Shown: positions 48,801 to 56,264 of the stretch, one piece after another
Position numbering within the stretch: the first letter of the stretch is position 1
Layout: each line of letters starts with the position of its first letter
The notes under the pieces: model-generated
Told to the model about the DNA's origin: nothing
Database searches by the model: none
Seen by the model: the letters and a program-made list of their open reading frames with translations, nothing else
Translations under genes and position numbers: made by a program
Virus record (IMG/VR): IMGVR_UViG_3300020477_001008
Span: 124,001 to 188,000 of that record
DNA: 64,000 nucleotides
Strand: one strand, 5' to 3'

Positions 48801-49180
48801 TGGCAGAAGTACATAAACATTTGATAATCAGAGCTGAAACTAACAAAACACCAACTGATCCAGCTTGGGCTCATCAGTGGTTAACAAAGTTAGTAAAGAA
48901 AATAGGAATGAAAATTTGTCAAGGTCCTATTACTGCTTATGTTAATGTACCTGGCAATAAAGGATTAACAGGTTTAGTAGTTATTGAAACAAGCCATATT
49001 GCTTTGCATTGTTGGGATGAAGATGAGCCAGGATTGTTACAACTTGATGTTTACACTTGTGGACCGTTAGATGAACAAATTATTTTTAATGAACTAAAAC
49101 AATTTGATCCTGTTTGTGTAGAATACAAATACCTTGATAGAAAAAGAAATTTAAAAGAAATAGATGTCAATAAAAAATAA
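48800..49180 (+). CDS. speD: S-adenosylmethionine decarboxylase proenzyme (SpeD/SpeH-like)
   Basis: HLII.AE, GLTGLVVIETSHIALH.W, LDVYTCG; likely start MAEVH at 48800. Confidence 0.88.
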   Translation: MAEVHKHLIIRAETNKTPTDPAWAHQWLTKLVKKIGMKICQGPITAYVNVPGNKGLTGLVVIETSHIALHCWDEDEPGLLQLDVYTCGPLDEQIIFNELKQFDPVCVEYKYLDRKRNLKEIDVNKK

Positions 49181-49568
49181 AATAGACAATTGGGGAAAAC
49201 AATTATCAGTATTAGAAGGTATAGATAGATTACAATATCTAGTTGACCTAGCAGATAAAGAAACTTCATTGGCTAGTGATAAAAGAATAAATGCAAATAT
49301 GATACCTGGATGTGTATCTCAAATTTGGGTAGATGTTAGATTAGAAGATAATAAAGTTATTGCAGATTATGATTCAGATGCAATGATAACAAAAGGAATT
49401 ACAAGTGTAGTATGTGATTGCTTTACAGGTGCTACAAAAGAAGAAGTTAGCAATATAGTTGTAGAAGACTTTGAAAATTTAAATATTAAGCAATTATTAA
49501 CAGCACAACGACAAAATGGTTTAGGAAACCTGATCAATACAGTCATAAACAAGTCCCAGAAGTTATAA
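49164..49568 (+). CDS. sufE: cysteine desulfuration protein SufE
   Basis: DRLQYLVDL, catalytic IPGCVSQIW, DSDAMITKG and R.NGL. Confidence 0.9.
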   Translation: MSIKNKIDNWGKQLSVLEGIDRLQYLVDLADKETSLASDKRINANMIPGCVSQIWVDVRLEDNKVIADYDSDAMITKGITSVVCDCFTGATKEEVSNIVVEDFENLNIKQLLTAQRQNGLGNLINTVINKSQKL

Positions 49569-49607
49569 TAGTAGTTAAGTTTCTATTAACTACCCTTTAA
49601 ATACAAA

Positions 49608-50069
49608 GTGTCAAGCAGTAAGAGAGGCATAACCGCAATCTTCGTAGCATTAATGTTACTCATTGCAACTATACCTTTGAATCTTCATTCCAAGGCTAGT
49701 GCAAGTTCTGACAATTTTATCATAGATTTTAGAATTAATGTTTCGTATGGATTAGGTTGGCGAGTAGATACTCCAGATCCAATGACAATTATACCAGGTA
49801 AAGAATACAAAGTTAATTTAATGGCAGTAAATGATATGGATTCTACTAAAATTGCTGAAATTATGTATGGGTATTTGCCCCCTGAGTTTGCAAGATATTT
49901 TTTATTAGTAGAATGTTTTTGTTATGATACTATTAAATTAAAAGCAAAAAGAATAATTGAATTGCCAGTTGTTTTTATTATTGATCCAGCTATATTAAAA
50001 GATAGAAAATTTAGGAAAGATAAAAATATAACAATAAGATTCAATTTCTACCCACAGATAAAACGTTGA
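49608..50069 (+). CDS. cytochrome c oxidase copper chaperone CtaG/Cox11-like
   Basis: N-terminal TM anchor, Cu-binding ECFCY motif, LPVVFIIDP; GTG start. Confidence 0.72.
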   Translation: MSSSKRGITAIFVALMLLIATIPLNLHSKASASSDNFIIDFRINVSYGLGWRVDTPDPMTIIPGKEYKVNLMAVNDMDSTKIAEIMYGYLPPEFARYFLLVECFCYDTIKLKAKRIIELPVVFIIDPAILKDRKFRKDKNITIRFNFYPQIKR

Positions 50070-50094
50070 CTAAAACATAATTATATCATATAAT
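50066..50094 (+). promoter_or_regulatory. sigma70 promoter of the rnpB-tRNA-Ser transcript
   Basis: TTGACT(50066-71)-N17-TATAAT(50089-94), RNA starting at about 50101. Confidence 0.8.
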
Positions 50095-50100
50095 AGTTTT

Positions 50101-50260
50101 AATGAGTGTAATCGGACTATCGCTGGTAACAGAGGAAAGTCAGGACACAGGTGGATATGTGCAAGTCCAAATAGAGTGTTAACAACCACCGGGACACAGG
50201 GTAGGACGCAAAGGTAGATGATAGTCTAAAACAGAATCCTGCTTACGGATTATACTCATT
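50101..50260 (+). ncRNA. rnpB: minimal RNase P RNA (about 160 nt)
   Basis: P1 AATGAGTGTAATC/GATTATACTCATT; P2 GGACTATC/GATAGTCT; CR-I GAGGAAAGTC; CR-IV TAGATGAT; CR-V AAACAGAATCCTGCTTA; P4 with bulged U and compensatory CAGG/CCTG. Confidence 0.88.
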
Positions 50261-50268
50261 ACTAACCC

Positions 50269-50358
50269 GGAAGGGTGGCTGAGTGGTTGAAAGCACCGGT
50301 CTTGAAAACCGGCAAAGGCGCAAGTCTTTCGTGAGTTCGAATCTCACCCCTTCCGCCA
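50269..50358 (+). tRNA. tRNA-Ser(TGA)
   Basis: Cloverleaf GGAAGGG...CCCTTCC-G-CCA, anticodon arm CCGGT-CTTGAAA-ACCGG, long variable arm, TTCGAAT. Confidence 0.97.
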
Positions 50359-50380
50359 GTTAAATGAAAGAAAAAGAAAA

Positions 50381-50620
50381 ATGGAAGATAATGATACAAA
50401 ATTAAATGATGCTTATAACGTAATTTTTAAGCAAGTAGAGAAATTAACTAAAGATGGAGTAGAGCCTGTTATTATTGCTGGAACATTATTAGCTCAAGCA
50501 CTTAGGTTATACAGAACAGTATTATCAGAACCAGATTTTGAAAAAATGATGGATAGTGTCTTTGGTAGACTTGATGAAATTGAACCATATGGTCCAACTG
50601 ATAAAACTTTGCTTCACTAA
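50381..50620 (+). CDS. hypothetical protein
   Basis: 79 aa helical ORF. Confidence 0.7.
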   Translation: MEDNDTKLNDAYNVIFKQVEKLTKDGVEPVIIAGTLLAQALRLYRTVLSEPDFEKMMDSVFGRLDEIEPYGPTDKTLLH

Positions 50621-50645
50621 ATATGTATAAAATAGAAATAAAAAT

Positions 50646-51005
50646 ATGACCTATTATGTTAATCAAGCCTGTGTAATGTGTAAACACACCGATTGCGTGG
50701 AAGTTTGTCCAGTAGATTGTTTTTACGAAGGTGAAAATTTTTTAGCAATTAATCCAGATGAATGTATAGACTGTGGAGTTTGTGAACCAGAATGCCCAGT
50801 TGATGCAATTAAACCTGACACACACGATGAACCAGACAAAGACAAATGGATAGAAATTAATAAAAAGTATTCAAGTGGACCAAACAGATGGCCAGTATTA
50901 ACAAAAATGATTGAAGCATTAGAAACAGCAGAAGAATATGCAACTAAAACAGATAAAATAAATTTATTATCAGAAAAACCTGGACCAGGAGATGAAGGAC
51001 GATGA
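50646..51005 (+). CDS. fdxA: 7Fe ferredoxin FdxA ([3Fe-4S]/[4Fe-4S])
   Basis: MTYYV...[43 protein letters not shown]. Confidence 0.95.
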   Translation: MTYYVNQACVMCKHTDCVEVCPVDCFYEGENFLAINPDECIDCGVCEPECPVDAIKPDTHDEPDKDKWIEINKKYSSGPNRWPVLTKMIEALETAEEYATKTDKINLLSEKPGPGDEGR

Positions 51006-52042
51006 GTAAAAAGTTTAGTGAGAAGTGGCGAGAAGAAAAAGAAGCTAAAAAGAAAAAGAAATTAGAAAAAGCTGGAGTTAAGCCTGATCCAGAAGTAGGC
51101 AAAAATCTAGATCAAGTAATGAAAAAACAAATTAAAATTGATCTTAACACTCTTAAAGATAGACATTTATTCATTGCCACACCGGCTTATGGTGGTTTAG
51201 TAGGAGAAGCATATTTAAAAGCTATGGTAAGAGTAGGTATATTGTTTAAACAATACAATTTAAACTTTACACTTTGTACAATAGCAAATGAATCATTAAT
51301 AACCAGAGGTAGAAATACACTGACAGCTATGTTTATGAGTGATCCAAAATTTACTGATATGATGTTTATTGATGCTGACATACATTTTGAAGCAGAATCA
51401 GTTATAAAGTTATGGGCTCATATAAGCAATCCAAATTTACCACAATGTGAAGTTGCCATTGGGGCATATCCAAAGAAAACTATTAATTGGGAACAGATTC
51501 ATAAAGCAGTAAGAGCCGGAGCGTCAGTTGATGATATGACTTTACATCAAGGTTCTTATGTAATGAATATTCGTATGGATAATAAAGGAAGAATACCATT
51601 AACAGATGGATTAATTCCTGTATATGATGGTGGAACTGGATTTATGATATTCAAAAGAGAAGTAATACAAACAATGATGGACAAATGGCCTGACTTGCAT
51701 TATAAAAATGATTTAAATACAAACCCTAAACACGATCCATATATGTTTGCTTTATTTGATACTATTATTGATCCTGATACAAGACGTTATTTGTCTGAAG
51801 ATTATACTTTTTGCAGACGTTATCAAGAAATAGGTGGAACAATTTGGATGGATCCTTCTATTAATTTAGATCATCAAGGAAATTATTTGTTTAAAGGTAA
51901 TATTTCTAATCAGTTTACTTACTCAGGTGAAGCAACACAAGAAGAAATGAAAACTATTAATAAAGAGATGGAACTTAATATAGCACCAACACCAAATGAA
52001 CAAAAACCACAAGGTGAATCAAGTGATGAAACAGAACTCTAA
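51002..52042 (+). CDS. GT-A-fold glycosyltransferase-like protein
   Basis: [23 protein letters not shown] (DxD), GTGFM and SEDYTFC..G..IW.D...H.G. Confidence 0.6.
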   Translation: MSKKFSEKWREEKEAKKKKKLEKAGVKPDPEVGKNLDQVMKKQIKIDLNTLKDRHLFIATPAYGGLVGEAYLKAMVRVGILFKQYNLNFTLCTIANESLITRGRNTLTAMFMSDPKFTDMMFIDADIHFEAESVIKLWAHISNPNLPQCEVAIGAYPKKTINWEQIHKAVRAGASVDDMTLHQGSYVMNIRMDNKGRIPLTDGLIPVYDGGTGFMIFKREVIQTMMDKWPDLHYKNDLNTNPKHDPYMFALFDTIIDPDTRRYLSEDYTFCRRYQEIGGTIWMDPSINLDHQGNYLFKGNISNQFTYSGEATQEEMKTINKEMELNIAPTPNEQKPQGESSDETEL

Positions 52043-52277
52043 TACTATAAAAACTGAGATTAGTGAATTAAAGAAAGAAGTTAGAGATCAAGCAATAATT
52101 ACTAGAAGAACAATCGTAAAAACATATCAAAAAAATGAAGAAGATAGTTTAAGAAGTAAAGTAGCAAGGCAAGAAAAGAAATTAAAGCAAGAACAATACT
52201 TACGTAGAAAATATCCATCGGTAAATGAAGCATACAAACATTATTTGATGACAATGAAGTTAGTAAAATCAAAATAA
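51996..52277 (+). CDS. hypothetical basic coiled-coil protein
   Basis: RRKYPSVNEAYKHY; true start probably 52026 (MKQN). Confidence 0.6.
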   Translation: MNKNHKVNQVMKQNSNTIKTEISELKKEVRDQAIITRRTIVKTYQKNEEDSLRSKVARQEKKLKQEQYLRRKYPSVNEAYKHYLMTMKLVKSK

Positions 52278-52637
52278 ATGACAAATTGGCATAACGTAAA
52301 CGACCTTTATATAGTTTGTAATAAAAAAATAGCAAACGTACCAAAGAAGAAAGCAACAATTGATTGGGTTGGAATAGATTGTGTATATAAAATTAAAATT
52401 AATAACAAAGTAGTACACGTTGGTAGGTCTGATACTTGTAAGAAACACGGTGGTGCCGAAAAAACTAGAAAAGCTTTAGTTCAATTAATGGGTTGGGAAA
52501 CAAAAAACCCTGGAATTACAACAACAAAGCTTTGGGAAAGCATTAAAAAAACCTATAAACCAAAAATTGGCGATATTAAAATTGGAATTATAGCGACAAA
52601 CAACATAGAAAAAGTGTATAATAAAGAAGCAATATGA
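52278..52637 (+). CDS. hypothetical protein, possibly GIY-YIG-like
   Basis: CVYKI...HVGRS resembles a degenerate GIY-YIG motif. Confidence 0.4.
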   Translation: MTNWHNVNDLYIVCNKKIANVPKKKATIDWVGIDCVYKIKINNKVVHVGRSDTCKKHGGAEKTRKALVQLMGWETKNPGITTTKLWESIKKTYKPKIGDIKIGIIATNNIEKVYNKEAI

Positions 52638-53038
52638 TATTTAGAAGTAACAAAGATCACTTATTACACGAAGTTTTTAAAGGCTTAAATACTTTTGTAG
52701 AGAAAACTATGTTTAAGCAATACGAAAACGATACCCTAAAATCATTAGAATACCTAACTACAAAAACAGGCGAATTAAAACTAGAATATAAAGAATTAAT
52801 GGCTTGTTGGAAATGGTATAACATTGATCGTCCTAAAAGAGAAGCTAAAAATGATTTAGGCAATAGTATGATGTACTATGAGCAAGATACAAAAATGTTA
52901 GCAAGGGCGGTAGCATTAAGAAAATTTTCACAAAAACTTTTTAAAGGAGGAGATTATGAACCAAGAATCGGGACTTTTCAAGCGACACGCAAATCTGTCA
53001 CAAAAGGTAGAAATGTTGGAAAAGGAGAGACAGCATAA
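52634..53038 (+). CDS. hypothetical protein
   Basis: 134 aa; 3' end overlaps a 59-aa ORF. Confidence 0.6.
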   Translation: MIFRSNKDHLLHEVFKGLNTFVEKTMFKQYENDTLKSLEYLTTKTGELKLEYKELMACWKWYNIDRPKREAKNDLGNSMMYYEQDTKMLARAVALRKFSQKLFKGGDYEPRIGTFQATRKSVTKGRNVGKGETA

Positions 53039-53135
53039 TAGAACTTTTCAGCATAAAGCTGAACTACTACAACTTAAAAAAGAAAAATTGAAAATAAAAG
53101 AACAAATAGAAAGATTAAAAACAAGAACAAATTAG
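52956..53135 (+). CDS. YdcH/DUF465-like small coiled-coil protein (not in the ORF track)
   Basis: SD AAGGAGG; MNQESGLFKRHANLSQKVEMLEKER...ELLQLKKEKLKIKEQIERL; stop abuts the next ATG. Confidence 0.7.
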   Translation: MNQESGLFKRHANLSQKVEMLEKERQHNRTFQHKAELLQLKKEKLKIKEQIERLKTRTN

Positions 53136-53136
53136 T

Positions 53137-53562
53137 ATGTACGAATATAGATGTAAAATATTAAAAATCATTGACGGGGATACTGTTGATGTTGATATAG
53201 ATTTAGGTTTTGGAGTATGGATGCACAAGGAACGTGTTAGATTGTTTGGCATTGATACTCCTGAGTCTAGGACTAGAGATAAAGAAGAAAAGAAATACGG
53301 TTTACTATCCAAAAAATTTATACAAGAAAGATATCCAGTAGGATCAAATGCAATATTAATAACGCATAAAGACGCAACTGGAAAGTTTGGACGTATATTG
53401 GGTGAGCTAAAATATAATAATACTACAATTAATAAGAAAATGATACTTGAAGGTTATGCAGTTGCTTATCACGGACAATCAAAAGAAGATGTTGAAGCAG
53501 AACATTTAAAAAATAGAAAAAAGTTGGATAAAAAAATAAGCAAATTTACTAAAGTAAAATGA
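53137..53562 (+). CDS. thermonuclease (SNase-like)
   Basis: IIDGDTVDV.IDLGF, RVRLFGIDTPESRT, GKFGRILG and GYAV.Y.G. Confidence 0.92.
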   Translation: MYEYRCKILKIIDGDTVDVDIDLGFGVWMHKERVRLFGIDTPESRTRDKEEKKYGLLSKKFIQERYPVGSNAILITHKDATGKFGRILGELKYNNTTINKKMILEGYAVAYHGQSKEDVEAEHLKNRKKLDKKISKFTKVK

Positions 53563-53795
53563 GATTAGATCTTCACGGATTTACAGTACACGATGCTTGG
53601 AAAAAATTTAGTGTATGGATTCAAGACGCACAAACAAAGGAAAATGTTAAATCTGTTACAATAGTAACAGGCCAAGGAGAAATCCATAAAGAACTTCCTC
53701 GATGGTGTGATAATATGAATTTTATTAGACAAATACAACCACACTTTCATAATGGTGCTTACCAAATTTATTTTTACAAAAACAGACGTGAATAG
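53559..53795 (+). CDS. stand-alone Smr-domain protein (putative mRNA endonuclease)
   Basis: LDLHG (DxH) and IVTGQG (GxG) Smr signature motifs; 78 aa. Confidence 0.82.
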   Translation: MRLDLHGFTVHDAWKKFSVWIQDAQTKENVKSVTIVTGQGEIHKELPRWCDNMNFIRQIQPHFHNGAYQIYFYKNRRE

Positions 53796-53796
53796 A

Positions 53797-53825
53797 TTGA
53801 CAAAAATTGGATTGTATAGTATATT
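53797..53825 (+). promoter_or_regulatory. sigma70 promoter of queD
   Basis: TTGACA(53797-802)-N17-TATATT(53820-25). Confidence 0.75.
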
Positions 53826-53831
53826 AAACAA

Positions 53832-53882
53832 TGAGGACTTAACGTCAACCCTCTTTAAAAATTCTGCCGTCAATATAAGGAG
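53832..53882 (+). ncRNA. candidate preQ1-I riboswitch
   Basis: GAGG...ACCCTC stem followed by an A-rich TTTAAAAA tail at the predicted +1, upstream of queD; loop CTTA can pair with TAAG of the SD region. Confidence 0.5.
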
Positions 53883-53887
53883 AAAAT

Positions 53888-54352
53888 ATGGGTAAACATT
53901 TTAGTACAAAACATTACGGACATAATATTGGGTTGAGTGCAGTTTTTAGACAACCAAACGCAGACCATTCACATTGTCATTTTTTACACGGATATAGTTT
54001 AGCATTTACATTTACATTTGGTTGTGATGAGTTAGATAATAAAAATTGGGCAGTTGATTTTGGAGGACTAAAACCTTTAAAAAAATGGCTTGAAGACTCA
54101 TTTGATCATAAACTTTGCTTGGATAAAAACGATCCACATCTAGAAAAATTTAAAGAATTAGAAGCAATGGATCTTGCACAGATTAGAATTTTTGATGGTG
54201 TTGGAGCAGAAAAATTTGCCGAACACGCCTTTAATTTTGCAGATAATTTAATTAAAGAAGCAACAAATAATCGTTGTTATGTAGTAAAAGTAGAATGTGC
54301 AGAACACGGAGCCAATTCGGCAATATATCAAATAACTGAAAAAAACCTATAA
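53888..54352 (+). CDS. queD: 6-carboxy-5,6,7,8-tetrahydropterin synthase QueD
   Basis: FRQ..AD.SHC.FLHGY, W.VDFGGLK, FDHK, GAEKFAE and ECAEHGANSAIY. Confidence 0.9.
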   Translation: MGKHFSTKHYGHNIGLSAVFRQPNADHSHCHFLHGYSLAFTFTFGCDELDNKNWAVDFGGLKPLKKWLEDSFDHKLCLDKNDPHLEKFKELEAMDLAQIRIFDGVGAEKFAEHAFNFADNLIKEATNNRCYVVKVECAEHGANSAIYQITEKNL

Positions 54353-54360
54353 ATAGTTAT

Positions 54361-56058
54361 ATGTTATTAACTTTGCTAACATTATTGTCAGCATTATCTA
54401 TAAGTGCGGTAGCGATCTTCTATTCTATAGCAGGTCTGGCCGCGATATTTGCCGGTGCGGCTGTTCCTATTATGATAATGGGTACTGTTTTAGAAGTAGG
54501 TAAATTAGTTACCGCTTCTTGGCTATATCAGAATTGGAAGAAGTCACCATTCTTTTTAAAGTTCTATCTCACGATCGCAGTAGTAGTTTTAATGTTTATA
54601 ACGTCTATGGGTATCTTTGGTTTCTTATCTAAAGCACACGTAGAACAAACAGCACCGTCGACACTTATTACACAAAAGATAGAACAGATAGATGAAAGAC
54701 TAGTTCGTGAAAATGCTAAAGTAGAAAGATTTACATTAGATTTAGAAAGATTAAACACAGGTACTAACGTAAGAATAGATACATTAGTAGATACAGAACA
54801 AGGCAAATTAGATTCAATTTATTCACGTATTGATAAAGAGATTGCTGATATTACAGCAATTGCTAATACAAGTATTAATACGCAAAAAGAAAGAATAACT
54901 CAAGCTAAAGAAAGAGCTGATAGAGATATTGCACAATTAAATGAAGCTAGAGCAAAAACTTGGGGTAAGAAAAGAATTGATGATGAAATAGCAAAGATTA
55001 GAGATAATGAATTAGCTGTGGCGGCCGCGGCACAAAAAGAAATAATAAAAATACAAGAAAAATTAAATGTTGATATACAAGCTATTAAAGACAAATATCA
55101 AGCTAGTATTGATGCTATTACAACCAATGTAACAAAGTTAACAGGCGAAGCTGAAGCTACAACAGGTGAAATAGAAGTCAAAGCAGATGAACTTGAAGGA
55201 AAACTTACAGTTGTATATGCTAATATTGATGATTTAAATGAAGAAAAATTTGTACTACAATCACAAATTAAAGAGATAGAAGTTGAAGTAGGACCAATAA
55301 AATACATAGCAGAATTTGTATATGGTATGGAAGCAGATGCTGATCTATTAGAAAAATCAGTTAGATGGGTTATTATTATAATTATATTTGTATTTGATCC
55401 ACTTGCAGTATTATTATTGATTGCGGCAAACTTCTCTTTAAAAAGAAGATTTGGTAGTGATATGGAAGAAATGGTTGAAGCCAAATTTGGTGGCGGAAAA
55501 TTAGATGACTATTGGAAAGATAGATATCAAGATATGAAAGAAGATCTTTCAAGATTTAATAAACAAAAAGAACACCAAGATACTACACAAGAAGAACATT
55601 CAGTTAGTGCCTCATATAATTTAGGTGAAGTTAATGTTGATAATACTGATCAATCAGTTGAAGATTATTTAGATGAAGTACAATATGATATAGATCCTAA
55701 AGAATTTGAAGGTGTAGAAGAAAACGATTTAGGTCATCCAAATTATGATTTAATTAAAGATGAAGAAACAGGTAAAAAGAAATATTGGGAAGACCAAAAT
55801 AAAGAAGAACAGCTAGAAAGATTTAAACAGCGAGAAGAAGAAGAAAAACAAGCACTAGAAGAATATTCACGTAAAGCTAGGGAAGAAGATGGCTTTGATC
55901 CAGATGAAGTTGAAGGATATGAAGAATTTAATAAAAATTACGAGAATAAAGAAGATGACGAATCAGTTAGTATTGCTGAAGATGAAGTAACGCCAACTAT
56001 AATTGAAGATGTTAAGATTACAGATCTATCCGATGAGGATGTTAAAAAAAAGACTTAA
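54361..56058 (+). CDS. membrane protein with long periplasmic coiled coil and acidic tail
   Basis: N-terminal TMs (SIAGLAAIFAG..., GIFGFLSKAH), coiled coil, VGPIKY, IIFVFDPLAVLLLIAAN; ends just after A_AAA_AAG. Confidence 0.8.
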   Translation: MLLTLLTLLSALSISAVAIFYSIAGLAAIFAGAAVPIMIMGTVLEVGKLVTASWLYQNWKKSPFFLKFYLTIAVVVLMFITSMGIFGFLSKAHVEQTAPSTLITQKIEQIDERLVRENAKVERFTLDLERLNTGTNVRIDTLVDTEQGKLDSIYSRIDKEIADITAIANTSINTQKERITQAKERADRDIAQLNEARAKTWGKKRIDDEIAKIRDNELAVAAAAQKEIIKIQEKLNVDIQAIKDKYQASIDAITTNVTKLTGEAEATTGEIEVKADELEGKLTVVYANIDDLNEEKFVLQSQIKEIEVEVGPIKYIAEFVYGMEADADLLEKSVRWVIIIIIFVFDPLAVLLLIAANFSLKRRFGSDMEEMVEAKFGGGKLDDYWKDRYQDMKEDLSRFNKQKEHQDTTQEEHSVSASYNLGEVNVDNTDQSVEDYLDEVQYDIDPKEFEGVEENDLGHPNYDLIKDEETGKKKYWEDQNKEEQLERFKQREEEEKQALEEYSRKAREEDGFDPDEVEGYEEFNKNYENKEDDESVSIAEDEVTPTIIEDVKITDLSDEDVKKKT

Positions 56059-56264
56059 AAACCAGGAAAGAGAGAATAAAAAAAATTGACATCAACGATG
56101 AAATTAGTGTACAATTAAAAGAAGTAAAAAAAACTATTGATATGGAAGGCATTAATCAAAGAACTCAAAAAACACTGGCACTCAATCACGGAGCAAAAGG
56201 TGAGACAGTAATATCCAAGGCTGACAAAGAATGGTTAGATCAGAAATCAGATAATAATAAATGA
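56046..56264 (+). other. -1 frame extension of the 54361 gene (72 open codons) or small ORF 56142..56264
   Basis: Frame open from 56046 to TGA 56262-64, overlapping the clpX ATG. Confidence 0.45.
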
